Source: Spirochaetia bacterium (lineage in GTDB: Bacteria; Spirochaetota; Spirochaetia; WTKD01; G963693115). Taken from it: DNA of 64,000 nucleotides. Shown here piece after piece: positions 19,503 to 29,443 of the stretch. The number at the start of each line of letters is the position of its first letter. Position 1 is the stretch's first letter. The translations under genes were made by a program, and so were the position numbers. The stretch is from positions 32,001 through 96,000 of the forward strand of contig CBDDCA010000003.1 of the NCBI GenBank assembly GCA_965226055.1, written 5' to 3'. The notes below the pieces were generated by a model that worked only from the letters and a program-made list of their open reading frames with translations, made no database searches and was not told the DNA's origin.

Positions 19503-22500
19503 ATGAAAATAAACCATATATATTTTATTGTTTTTAGTGTTTTTATTATTTTGATAAGTGCTTGTGAAGCTGATATCTCGACTAGCTCTAGTAGTGGGGG
19601 GAGTACACTATCTTCTGCAACTGCACCATTAGAGGTAAGCAATGTTACAGGAAATCCTACCGACAGAAGTATTATATTGAAGTGGCAAGCCCCAACGCTT
19701 ACAAGCAGTCATAAGAAAGCAGACGGAACACAGCTAACAAAGGCAGATGTATCGCATAAGGTTTTTATAGTAGAAAAAGGATCACAGAGCCGAACAGTAG
19801 AGAATATTATAGCTTTAGATAAATCGCCTATTGAGGTAAAAAAAGGAATAGTAACAGTAAATATAAATGATCGAAAGCCCAATACCACCTATGAAATAGT
19901 AGTACAAGCGGTCAATTCTACCGATACCACAAAAGTCTCTAAAGGAATGAGAGTAGAAGTGACTACCCTTACCACTGATCACGCAACAGCACCTCCAGAA
20001 GCAAGCGATGTTACAGGAAGTCCTATCGATACAAGTGCAAGAATAACATGGCAAGCCCCAAATCTTACCGATAGCCATAAGAAAGCAGATGGCACAGCAC
20101 TCACAACGGCAGATGTATCGTACAAAGTGTATCGGGTAGCAAAGGGAAGCGATGAGCGAACAGTAGCAGAGATTAAGACAGCAGATAAGACTCCGCTTGA
20201 AGTAGCAAAAGGAACGACAAGTATAAATATAACTAACCTTAATAAAAATACTGCTTATGAAGTAGTAGTACAATCAGTCAATTCCACCGATACCACAAAA
20301 GTCTCTACAGGAGTAAGAATAGAAGTAACTACCCTTGCACAGAATCATGCAACCGCACCAGCAGATGCAAGCAGTGTTGCAGGAAGCCCAGACAATGACA
20401 GTGTAGCGGTATCATGGCAAGCCCCAAATCTTACCGATAGCCATAAGAAAGCAGACGGCACACAACTCACAACGGCAGATGTATCTTACAAAGTATACCG
20501 AGTAGCAAAGGGAAGCGATGAGCGAACAGTAGCAGAGATTAAAACAGCAGACACGACACCGATTGAAGTAGCAAAAGGAACAACAAGCACAACTATAAAT
20601 AATCTTATTGGAAGTACTACCTATGAAATAGTAGTACAAGCAGTCAATTCCACCGACTCTACAAAAGCCTCTACAGGCATACGAATAGAAGTAGCTACCA
20701 CGAACCCCGCCACTGCACCAGCAGACGCCCGCAGTGTTGCAGGAAGCCCAGCCGATACCAGCGCAAGAATAACATGGCAAGCGCCAGCGCTTACAGGCAG
20801 TCATAAAAAAGCAAACGGACAAAGACTCACAGAGGCAGATGTATCTTACAAAGTATACCGAGTAGTAAAGGGAAACGGTGTCCGAACAGTAGCAGCGATT
20901 AAAACAGCAGATAATAACCCGCTAGCAGTAGCAAAGGGAACAACAAGTACAAATATAACCAGTCTTACCCCTGCTACCACCTATGAAATAGTGGTACAAG
21001 CAGTCAATTCCACCGATACCACAAAAGTCTCTACAGGCAAACGAATAGAAGTAACTACCCTTGCAAATAATCACGCAACAGCACCAGCAGACGCAAGCAG
21101 TGTTGTAGGAAGCCCAGCCGATGACAGTGTAGGGGTATCATGGCAAGCCCCAGCCTTTACAAGTAGTCATAAGAAAGCAGACGGAACACAACTCACAAAG
21201 GCAGATGTATATTACAAAGTATACCGAGTAGTAAAGGGAGCAAAGAGCAGAACAATAGCAGAGATTAAAGAAGCAGACAAGACCCCGATGGAAGTAGCAA
21301 AGGGAACAACAAGCACAACTATAACTAATCTTACAGGAAGTACCACCTATGAAATAGTAGTACAAGCAGTCAATTCCACCGACTCTACAAAAGCCTCTAC
21401 AGGCATACGAATAGAAGTAGCTACCACGAACCCCGCCACTGCACCAGCAGACGCCCGCAGTGTTACCGCAGGAAGCACGACAGCCTCAAGTACAACTTTA
21501 TCGTGGACAGATCCAACGCTTACTACTAGCCACAAGAAAGCAAATGGACAAAGACTCACAACGGCAGATGTATCGTACAAAGTATATCGTGTAGCAAAAG
21601 GAAGGAATGCTCGAACAATAGCAGAGATTAAAACAGCAGATGGGACACCGCTAGCAGTAGCAAAGGGAACAAAAAGCACAACTATAACTAATCTTACAGG
21701 AAGTACTACCTATGAAATAGTAGTACAAGCAATCAACTCCACCGATACTACAAAAGTCTCTACAGGAGTGAGAATAGAAGTGACTACCACGAACCCTGCC
21801 ACCGCGCCAGCAGATGCAAGCAGTGTTGCAGGAAATCCAACTGATGACAGTGTAGCGGTATCATGGACAGCCCCAGCTCTTACAAGCAGTCACAAGAAAG
21901 CAGATGGAACGAAACTCACAAAGGCAGATGTATCTTACAAAGTATATCGAGTAGCAAAGAATGGAGCAAACACTCGATCAATAGCACAGATTATAACAGC
22001 AGACAAGACCCCGCTTGAAGTAGTAAAAGGAACAACAAGTGCAACTATAACTAATCTTACCCCTAGTACCACCTATGAAATAGTAGTACAAGCGATCAAT
22101 TCTACCGATACCACAAAAACCTCTACAGGAGTAAGAATAGAAGTAACTACCGATAACCTTGCCACCGCACCAGCAGAGGCAAGTAGTGTTACAGGAAGCC
22201 CAACCGATACTAGTGCAAGAATAACATGGCAAGCTCCAACGCTTACTACTAGCCATAAGAAAGCAGACGGACAAAGACTCACAACGGCAGATGTATCTTA
22301 CAAAGTGTATCGAGTAGCAAAAGGAAGCGATGCCCGAACAATAGCAGAGATTAAAACAGCAGATAAGAACCCGCTAGCAGTAGCAAGGGGAACAACAAGC
22401 ACAACTATAACCAGTCTTACCCCTAATACCACCTATGAAATAGTAGTACAAGCAGTCAATTTTACCGATACTACAAAAGTCTCTACAGGCAAACGAATAG

Positions 22501-25500
22501 AAGTAACTACCGTTGCACAGAATCATGCAACAGCACCAGCAGACGCAAGCAATGTGAGAGGAATCCCAGACGATGACAGTATAGCGGTATCATGGCAAGC
22601 CCCAACGCTTACCGATAGCCACAAGAAACCAGACGGAACACAACTAACACAGGCAGATGTATACTACAAAGTATATCGTGCAGTAAAAGGAGCAAAGAGC
22701 CGAACAATAGCAGAGATTAAAACAGCAGATAAGACTCCGATAGCAGTAGCAAAAGGAATAACAAGTACAACTATAACTAATCTTACAGGAAGTACTACCT
22801 ATGAAGTAGTGGTACAAGCAGTCAATTTCATCGATACTACAAAAGCCTCTACAGGCATACGAATAGAAGTAGTCACCACTAACCCCGCCACTGCACCAGC
22901 GGACGCAAGCAATGTGAGAGGAAGCTCTACCGATACAAGTGCAAGAATAACATGGCAAGCCCCAGCACTTGATACTAGCCACAAAAAAGCAAACGGACAA
23001 AGCCTCACCACAGCAGATGTATCGTACAAAGTGTATCGGGTAGCAAAAGGAAAGAATGCTCGAACTATAGCAGCGATTAAAACAGCAGATAAGAACCCGA
23101 TAGCAGTAGCAAAAGGAAAAACAAACACAAGTATAACTAATCTTACCCCTATTACCACCTATGAAATAGTAGTGCAGGCAGTTAATACAACAGATATAAC
23201 AAAAGCCTCTACAGGAGTGAGAATAGAAGTGACTACCAAGAACTCAGCAACCGCACCGTCAGAGGCAAGCAGTATTACAGGAAGCCTAAACGATGATGGG
23301 AGTGTAACGGTATCATGGACAGCCCCCACGCTTACAAGCAGTCACAAGAAAGCAAACGGACAAGCACTCACAAAAGCAGATGTATCGTACAAAGTGTATC
23401 GTGTAGAAAGGGGGGGGCGATTCAGAACAGTAGCAGCGATTAAAGCAGCAGATCCGAACCCGCTAGCAGTAGGAAAAGGAACAACAAGTATAAATATAAC
23501 TAATCTTAAGTCTAATGCTACCTATGAAGTAGTAGTGCAAGCAATCAATTCCACCGATACCACAAAAGTCTCTACAGGAGTCAAAGAATTTGTATTTGTC
23601 ACTAATCGTGCCACCGCACCGCCAGACATATCTAGTGTGGTGACAGGTAAAACTGATAACAGCATAACACTAAACTGGTCAATTTTGCCTAGAGATAGTC
23701 ATCAAAAGAGAAACGGACAAAGACTCACAGCGTCAGATATATCTTATAAAGTATATCGTGTAGTAAAGGGAGCAAAGAGCCGAACAATAGCAGCGATTAA
23801 AGCAGCAGATAGGACCCCGCTAGCAGTAGCAAAGGGAACAACAAGTATAAATATAACTAATCTTAATGAAAATACCACCTATGAAATAGTAGTACAAGCA
23901 GTCAATTCCACTGATACCACAAAAGTCTCTACAGGAGAAAAAGTAGAACTAACTACCACTAATAATGCCACTGCACCGCCAGATGCTCGTAGTGTTACAG
24001 GAAGCCCAATCGATGACAGTATAACGGTATCATGGACAGCTCCAGATCTTACAAGCAGTCACAAAAAAACAGACGGACAAGCACTCACAGCGGCAGATGT
24101 ATTGTATAAAGTATATCATATAGCAAAAGGAAAGGATGCCCGAACAATAGCAGAGATTAAAGCAGCAGATAAGAACCCGCTAGCAGTAGCAAAAGGAACA
24201 ACAAGCACAACTATAACTAATCTTACTGGAAGTACTACCTATGAAATAGTAGTACAAGCAGTCAATTCCACCGCTATTGCAAAAGTCTCTACAGGAGTAA
24301 GAATAGAAGTAACTACCACTAACTTAGCAACCGCACCAGCAGACGTCCGCGATGTTACCGCAGAAAGTCTTATTGATACCAGTGCAACTATATCATGGAA
24401 AGATCCTGTTCTTACTAATAGTCACAAGAAATCAGACGGACAAACACTCACAACGGCAGATGTATCGTATAAAGTGTATCGTGTGGTAAAGGGAGGCAGT
24501 GCCCGAACAATAGCAGCGATTAAAGCAGCAGATAATAACCCGCTAGCAGTAGCAAAGGGAATAACAAATACAAATATAACTAATCTTACCCATAATACTA
24601 CCTATGAAGTAGTAGTACAAGCAGTCAATTCCACCGCTATTGCAAAAGTCTCTACAGGAGTAAGAGTAGAAGTAACTACCACTAATAATGCCACCGCACC
24701 GCCAGATGCTCGCAGTGTTACAGTAGTAAGATCAACTGATGACAGTGTAGAGATATCATGGCAAGCCCCAAATCTTACTGCTAGTCACAAGAAAACAAAC
24801 GGGCAAAGGCTTACAGAGGCAGATGTATCGTACAAAGTATATCGTGTAACAAAGGGAAAGAATGCCCGATCAATAGCAGCGATTAAAACAGCAGATAATA
24901 ACCCGATAGCAGTAGCAAAGGGAACAACAAGTACAACTATAACTAATCTTACATTTAGTACCACCTATGAAATAGTAGTACAGGCAGTCAATGCAACATA
25001 TACCACAAAAGTCTCTACAGGAATAAAAACAGAAGTAACTACTGTGTCCTATGCAACCGAACCAGCAGATGCCCGCAATGTTACCGCAGCAAGTATTACC
25101 AATAAAGCTGTAAAGGTATCATGGCAAGTCCCAGATATTACCGATAGTCACAAGAAACCAGACGGAACACAACTAACACAGGCAGATGTATCGTATAAGG
25201 TATATCATGTAGCAAAAAAGGGAACAAAGAAACGAACAGTAGCAGAGATTATAGCAGCAGATACTAGCCCGATAGAAGAAGCAGCAGTAGCAAAAGGAAC
25301 GACAAGCACAAATGTAGATATAACTAATCTTACATTTAATACCACCTATGAAATAGTAGTACAAGCAATCAATACAACAGATACTACAAAAGTTTCTACA
25401 GGGGTAAGAGTAGAAGTAATTGCTAACCCAGCAACAGCTCCCCCAGAGGTAAATAATATTGTAAAAGACCCTACAGATATCAATATAGAACTAGAGTGGA

Positions 25501-26099
25501 CAGCTCCCACGCTTACAAGCAGTCACAAAAAAACAGACGGACAAGCATTAACAAAGGCAGATCTATCCTACAAAATTTACGCTTTAGAAAAAGGAGCAAG
25601 AAGCCGATCAATAGCAGCAATTAAAGCAACAGGTTTTATTCACGAATTACTAAAAGGATTAACAGTTGCAAATATATCTTTACTTCTTAGTGCTGATAAA
25701 GACGTACCCTTGAAGCCTAACACTACCTATGAAATAGTAATACAGGCAGTCAATTCCACCGATCCCACAAAAGTCTCTACAGGCAAACGAATAGAAGTAA
25801 CTACTCTTAGTTCTCTTAATTTAGTTATGAAGAGAGGCAATACTATAGTAACAAACTTACACATAAAGGTAGATTCTGTTGGTGTTAATATTCGTTCAGT
25901 AGTAACACCGAGTGTAAGTGGTATATTTTTTATTACTCCTGATTTAACGCAAAATACTGGAATTTTATTTAATACTAATACTGGCGTACTATCGGGGAAA
26001 GCAAAAAAACTTGCATCAAAGAAAACATATACAATAGTCTTTACTGCATCAGATGGACGATTAGCACGTACTTCTTTTAGTGTTAGTACATTTAGGTAG
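19503..26099 (+). CDS. Giant surface lipoprotein: 17 tandem FN3-like modules plus C-terminal putative Ig domain
   Basis: AAGGAG RBS, lipobox LISAC, 17 YE(I/V)V(V/I)Q modules, C-terminal FFITPDL...GILFNTNTGVLSG...TYTIVFTASDG. Confidence 0.9.
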   Translation: MKINHIYFIVFSVFIILISACEADISTSSSSGGSTLSSATAPLEVSNVTGNPTDRSIILKWQAPTLTSSHKKADGTQLTKADVSHKVFIVEKGSQSRTVENIIALDKSPIEVKKGIVTVNINDRKPNTTYEIVVQAVNSTDTTKVSKGMRVEVTTLTTDHATAPPEASDVTGSPIDTSARITWQAPNLTDSHKKADGTALTTADVSYKVYRVAKGSDERTVAEIKTADKTPLEVAKGTTSINITNLNKNTAYEVVVQSVNSTDTTKVSTGVRIEVTTLAQNHATAPADASSVAGSPDNDSVAVSWQAPNLTDSHKKADGTQLTTADVSYKVYRVAKGSDERTVAEIKTADTTPIEVAKGTTSTTINNLIGSTTYEIVVQAVNSTDSTKASTGIRIEVATTNPATAPADARSVAGSPADTSARITWQAPALTGSHKKANGQRLTEADVSYKVYRVVKGNGVRTVAAIKTADNNPLAVAKGTTSTNITSLTPATTYEIVVQAVNSTDTTKVSTGKRIEVTTLANNHATAPADASSVVGSPADDSVGVSWQAPAFTSSHKKADGTQLTKADVYYKVYRVVKGAKSRTIAEIKEADKTPMEVAKGTTSTTITNLTGSTTYEIVVQAVNSTDSTKASTGIRIEVATTNPATAPADARSVTAGSTTASSTTLSWTDPTLTTSHKKANGQRLTTADVSYKVYRVAKGRNARTIAEIKTADGTPLAVAKGTKSTTITNLTGSTTYEIVVQAINSTDTTKVSTGVRIEVTTTNPATAPADASSVAGNPTDDSVAVSWTAPALTSSHKKADGTKLTKADVSYKVYRVAKNGANTRSIAQIITADKTPLEVVKGTTSATITNLTPSTTYEIVVQAINSTDTTKTSTGVRIEVTTDNLATAPAEASSVTGSPTDTSARITWQAPTLTTSHKKADGQRLTTADVSYKVYRVAKGSDARTIAEIKTADKNPLAVARGTTSTTITSLTPNTTYEIVVQAVNFTDTTKVSTGKRIEVTTVAQNHATAPADASNVRGIPDDDSIAVSWQAPTLTDSHKKPDGTQLTQADVYYKVYRAVKGAKSRTIAEIKTADKTPIAVAKGITSTTITNLTGSTTYEVVVQAVNFIDTTKASTGIRIEVVTTNPATAPADASNVRGSSTDTSARITWQAPALDTSHKKANGQSLTTADVSYKVYRVAKGKNARTIAAIKTADKNPIAVAKGKTNTSITNLTPITTYEIVVQAVNTTDITKASTGVRIEVTTKNSATAPSEASSITGSLNDDGSVTVSWTAPTLTSSHKKANGQALTKADVSYKVYRVERGGRFRTVAAIKAADPNPLAVGKGTTSINITNLKSNATYEVVVQAINSTDTTKVSTGVKEFVFVTNRATAPPDISSVVTGKTDNSITLNWSILPRDSHQKRNGQRLTASDISYKVYRVVKGAKSRTIAAIKAADRTPLAVAKGTTSINITNLNENTTYEIVVQAVNSTDTTKVSTGEKVELTTTNNATAPPDARSVTGSPIDDSITVSWTAPDLTSSHKKTDGQALTAADVLYKVYHIAKGKDARTIAEIKAADKNPLAVAKGTTSTTITNLTGSTTYEIVVQAVNSTAIAKVSTGVRIEVTTTNLATAPADVRDVTAESLIDTSATISWKDPVLTNSHKKSDGQTLTTADVSYKVYRVVKGGSARTIAAIKAADNNPLAVAKGITNTNITNLTHNTTYEVVVQAVNSTAIAKVSTGVRVEVTTTNNATAPPDARSVTVVRSTDDSVEISWQAPNLTASHKKTNGQRLTEADVSYKVYRVTKGKNARSIAAIKTADNNPIAVAKGTTSTTITNLTFSTTYEIVVQAVNATYTTKVSTGIKTEVTTVSYATEPADARNVTAASITNKAVKVSWQVPDITDSHKKPDGTQLTQADVSYKVYHVAKKGTKKRTVAEIIAADTSPIEEAAVAKGTTSTNVDITNLTFNTTYEIVVQAINTTDTTKVSTGVRVEVIANPATAPPEVNNIVKDPTDINIELEWTAPTLTSSHKKTDGQALTKADLSYKIYALEKGARSRSIAAIKATGFIHELLKGLTVANISLLLSADKDVPLKPNTTYEIVIQAVNSTDPTKVSTGKRIEVTTLSSLNLVMKRGNTIVTNLHIKVDSVGVNIRSVVTPSVSGIFFITPDLTQNTGILFNTNTGVLSGKAKKLASKKTYTIVFTASDGRLARTSFSVSTFR
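19615..25805 (+). repeat. Intragenic ~360-366-bp tandem repeat (17 units)
   Basis: Same family as the repeats in 9937..16248, more diverged among units. Confidence 0.9.
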
Positions 26100-26147
26100 T
26101 ATTTTACTATATTGATATGATTACATATATGGTACTTTAGTATTACC

Positions 26148-26186
26148 TTTAGTAGACACAGCATTATTTATGCTGTGTCTACTAAA
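26148..26186. terminator. Perfect 17-bp inverted repeat, copy 2
   Basis: Identical to 17004-17042, about 50 bp after the stop codon. Confidence 0.7.
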
Positions 26187-26278
26187 TTACCGAAAGCAAA
26201 AGAGCTAACTTTTACAAAATCGGTAAGTATTTATTGTAGGTACATATAAAATAACTCCTACTAAGCATATTTGAGAAA

Positions 26279-26317
26279 GGAGTTTTGCTATCTCGTGTAT
26301 ACCTTTGTTAAAAGTAC
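26279..26317 (+). repeat. att-like site D (right island boundary)
   Basis: GGAGTTTTGC-TATCTCGTGTATACCTTTG-TTAAAAGTAC. Homology to the other copies continues only leftward. Confidence 0.75.
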
Positions 26318-26404
26318 AAAAATAAAAAGGAGAGTTATATATTGTGTAAGTCTATGATATACTATGTATAGTATTATTGAAAAAATAAGGAGTGAGAAAC
26401 AGGT

Positions 26405-27133
26405 ATGTCAGGACATAGTAAATGGTCAACTATTAAAAGAAAAAAAGGTGCAAATGATGCTGCAAGAGGAAAAGTATTTAGTAAGATTTCTAAAGAAATT
26501 ATGGTAGCAGTAAGAGAAGCAGGAGCAGATCCCAATACTAATCATCGTCTTCGTTCGGCAATTATAAAAGCAAGATCAGAAAATATGCCTAACGATAATG
26601 TTGAGCGAGCAATAAAAAAAGGGAGTGGAGGGCAAGATGGCACTCATTTTGAAGAAGTACAATATGAAGGGTATGGACCTGGCGGAGTTGCCATGCTTGT
26701 GTCTTGCTTGACAGATAATAAAAATAGAACTGGTTCTGAAGTACGTTCTACTTTTACAAAATCGGGAGGTAATCTTGGAGAAGCAGGCTCTGTTTCTTAT
26801 TTATTTTCTCGTAAAGGTATTATCATAGTTGATGCAAATATAGTTGATGAAGATACAATATTTTCTTTAGCACTGGAACACGGTGCTGAAGATGTATTTA
26901 ATAACAATACAGAAATAGAAATTCTTACTCCACCAGAAAATTTTAATGCAGTAGTAGAGGCTTTGCGTACTATAGATATAGCACCTATGAATGCTGAAAT
27001 TACACTGTTGCCATCAAATTATATTTCTCAATCAAATGAGATTCAAGAGAAAGCATTAAAACTTGTTGGTATATTAGAAGATTTAGACGATGTTCAAATG
27101 GTATCGCATAATTTAGAGATACAAGATAGTTAA
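26405..27133 (+). CDS. yebC: YebC/PmpR family protein
   Basis: MSGHSKWSTIKRKKG, YEGYGPGG, LTDNKNRT. Confidence 0.97.
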   Translation: MSGHSKWSTIKRKKGANDAARGKVFSKISKEIMVAVREAGADPNTNHRLRSAIIKARSENMPNDNVERAIKKGSGGQDGTHFEEVQYEGYGPGGVAMLVSCLTDNKNRTGSEVRSTFTKSGGNLGEAGSVSYLFSRKGIIIVDANIVDEDTIFSLALEHGAEDVFNNNTEIEILTPPENFNAVVEALRTIDIAPMNAEITLLPSNYISQSNEIQEKALKLVGILEDLDDVQMVSHNLEIQDS

Positions 27134-27156
27134 TCAATGCTTGTAAGTAGGTTTTT

Positions 27157-27687
27157 TTGAAAACAGTTATCGGTATAGATCCAGGATTAGCATCATTAGG
27201 ATGGGGAATTATACAATATAGCGATGTTTCGCATGCTTCTTCGTTTGAATATATTGCACATGGGGTTATAGAAACTTCTTCTGATAGAGAGCTTCATCAT
27301 AGGCTATATACATTGGATGTTGAGTTTGATAGAGTGATGAGACGCTATCAAGTGCAGGAGCTTGCATATGAGTATCAATTTTTTGTAAAAAATGTTACCA
27401 GTGCATTACCAGTTGCCCATGCACTTGGCATCATTTTATTATATGGAGCAAAGCATAATATATCAGTAACTCATTATACTCCAAAAGATGTAAAAAAGCA
27501 AATTACAGGAAATGCGAATGCTTCTAAAGATACCGTAAACACTTATGTACGATTACCGTTGCGAGTACATAACATTACTCCTCATCATGCTGCTGATGCT
27601 CTTGCGGTGGCATTAACCCATATCTTTCGAACGCACAGTAATAATACGCTTAAAAAGGTAGTTCCTGCCTCTCATACAGGCAAATAG
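27157..27687 (+). CDS. ruvC: Holliday junction resolvase
   Basis: IGIDPGLASLGWG and HAADALAVA motifs. TTG start. Syntenic with ruvAB. Confidence 0.95.
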   Translation: MKTVIGIDPGLASLGWGIIQYSDVSHASSFEYIAHGVIETSSDRELHHRLYTLDVEFDRVMRRYQVQELAYEYQFFVKNVTSALPVAHALGIILLYGAKHNISVTHYTPKDVKKQITGNANASKDTVNTYVRLPLRVHNITPHHAADALAVALTHIFRTHSNNTLKKVVPASHTGK

Positions 27688-27736
27688 AGAAGAAAGCAAA
27701 AAAGAATAGATATATAGTATACAATAAAATAGAGAT

Positions 27737-28366
27737 ATGATACATAGTATTAGGGGAATTATACAATCAGTGACTCAATCGTATGTTATTATAGATATGC
27801 ATGGTCTTTCTTGGTTGATATACGCAACAACAACAACCTTAGAGTTACTAGCTCAAAAGGAATCAGAGGAAGCAAGTGTCTATACATGGCTACAAGTAAC
27901 TGATAGTGCTATGATTCTGTATGGTTTTGCAGATATACGAGAGCGTGATGTATTTCTTGCCTTAATTAGTGTAAATGGTATAGGAGCAAAAGGAGCAATA
28001 AAAATTCTATCAAATGGTCATTTTAGTAGTATTATTACTCACATTAAAGAGAAAGATATACCAATGCTCATGAAAACAGCAAAGGTAAGCCAAAAAAAAG
28101 CCCAAAGCATTCTTCTAAAGCTGGAAGGGATAAGCATTGCGTCTTATAGAGACAGTGAAACCTCTACAGGTAGTGGGGATACAACGCATCAATTACGCGA
28201 GCAAGTCATTGAAGGGCTTATGGAAATGGGGTATACTAGAAAGCAGATTGAAGATGCTTTAAGAAATACTATTGATACGCAAAAAATAGATTTACATTCC
28301 GAAAATCTTTCGGGTATCTTAAAAGCACTTATTGTCTATTTACAAAAAGGAGTGTTTACTCTTTAG
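27737..28366 (+). CDS. ruvA: Holliday junction branch migration protein A
   Basis: LYGF...ERDVF..LISVNGIGAK HhH motif. Confidence 0.95.
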   Translation: MIHSIRGIIQSVTQSYVIIDMHGLSWLIYATTTTLELLAQKESEEASVYTWLQVTDSAMILYGFADIRERDVFLALISVNGIGAKGAIKILSNGHFSSIITHIKEKDIPMLMKTAKVSQKKAQSILLKLEGISIASYRDSETSTGSGDTTHQLREQVIEGLMEMGYTRKQIEDALRNTIDTQKIDLHSENLSGILKALIVYLQKGVFTL

Positions 28367-28370
28367 TTTT

Positions 28371-29393
28371 ATGCACAACAGTTTTTGGAACACAGAAGAA
28401 AAAAAAATACAGGATACTCTTGATACAGAGCTACGACCACTCAATTTTGATGGCTTTGTAGGGCAAACACAGGTAAAGAAAAATCTTGCTCTATATATAA
28501 AAGCAGTAAAAGAGCGTAATGAAGTACTTGATCATGTGTTTCTCAGTGGGCCTCCTGGATTAGGAAAAACTACTATTGCAAATATACTTTCAAGCGAATT
28601 ACAAGTGCCTTTATTTGTTACAAATGCTCCTGCCATTGAAAAACCAAAGGATCTTATTGGTATTTTATCGACTTTATCAGAAGGTTCAGTACTGTTTATT
28701 GATGAAATACATCGTCTAAAATCTAATATTGAAGAAGTGTTATATGTTGCTATGGAAGAGTTTAAGGTAGATTGGATTATTGGTTCTGGGGTTGATGCAC
28801 GTTCAGTTCGTATTCCCTTAAATAAATTTACCTTAGTGGGAGCTACAACACAGCCAGGAAAAGTAGCGTTGCCTTTACATAGTCGTTTTGGTATTTCTGA
28901 GCGTTTACAGTATTATTCTCCTTTAGATCTTTCAGAAATCATTTCTCGTTCTTCTCGTATTTTAAATATGCCTATTGAAAAAGAAGCTGCTGATTATTTA
29001 GGTAGAATAGGGCGTGGGACTCCCCGTTGGGCAAATAAACTGTTAAGGAGAATGAGGGATTTTGCACAAGTAAAAGGAAATGGCGTAATAGATACAACAG
29101 TAGTAGAAACGGGGTGTCAGGAGCTAGGTATTGATGAATTTGGACTAGAAGAGATTGATAGAAAAATTATTAAGGTATTGGTACAAGAATATGCAGGAAA
29201 GCCTGTGGGATTAAAAACACTTGCGTTATCAGTAAACGAAACTCCAGAAAGTCTGGAAGATTACTGGGAACAATACTTAGTGATACAGGGCTATGTTAAA
29301 CGTACCGCACAAGGAAGACAAGCAACGCAAAAAGCAATAGATTTTTTACAAAAAATAGATACATCTCTCAATACAACACAGTTTCTATTGTAA
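28371..29393 (+). CDS. ruvB: Holliday junction branch migration helicase B
   Basis: LRP, GPPGLGKTT, FIDEIHRL, FTLVGATT, RGTPR. Start moved to ATG 28371. Confidence 0.97.
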   Translation: MHNSFWNTEEKKIQDTLDTELRPLNFDGFVGQTQVKKNLALYIKAVKERNEVLDHVFLSGPPGLGKTTIANILSSELQVPLFVTNAPAIEKPKDLIGILSTLSEGSVLFIDEIHRLKSNIEEVLYVAMEEFKVDWIIGSGVDARSVRIPLNKFTLVGATTQPGKVALPLHSRFGISERLQYYSPLDLSEIISRSSRILNMPIEKEAADYLGRIGRGTPRWANKLLRRMRDFAQVKGNGVIDTTVVETGCQELGIDEFGLEEIDRKIIKVLVQEYAGKPVGLKTLALSVNETPESLEDYWEQYLVIQGYVKRTAQGRQATQKAIDFLQKIDTSLNTTQFLL

Positions 29394-29443
29394 TATCCCT
29401 GTGTCTTCATACCAGTATATAGTACCATCTACAATATTGTCTA

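Noticed and set aside
10194-25364. Many recurring 60-166-aa minus-strand ORFs in the FN3 genes
   Set aside because: Antisense shadows of the repeated sense-strand modules; they recur with the 363-bp period and have no RBS or independent features.
26289-26314. Resemblance of the att-like core to a dif site (TGTATA centre, CTTTGTTAAAA similar to the XerD arm TTATGTTAAAT)
   Set aside because: Only 8/11 on one arm, out of register with the TGTATA, and no XerC-like arm. Not enough to call Xer/dif, though Xer is worth including when testing recombinases.
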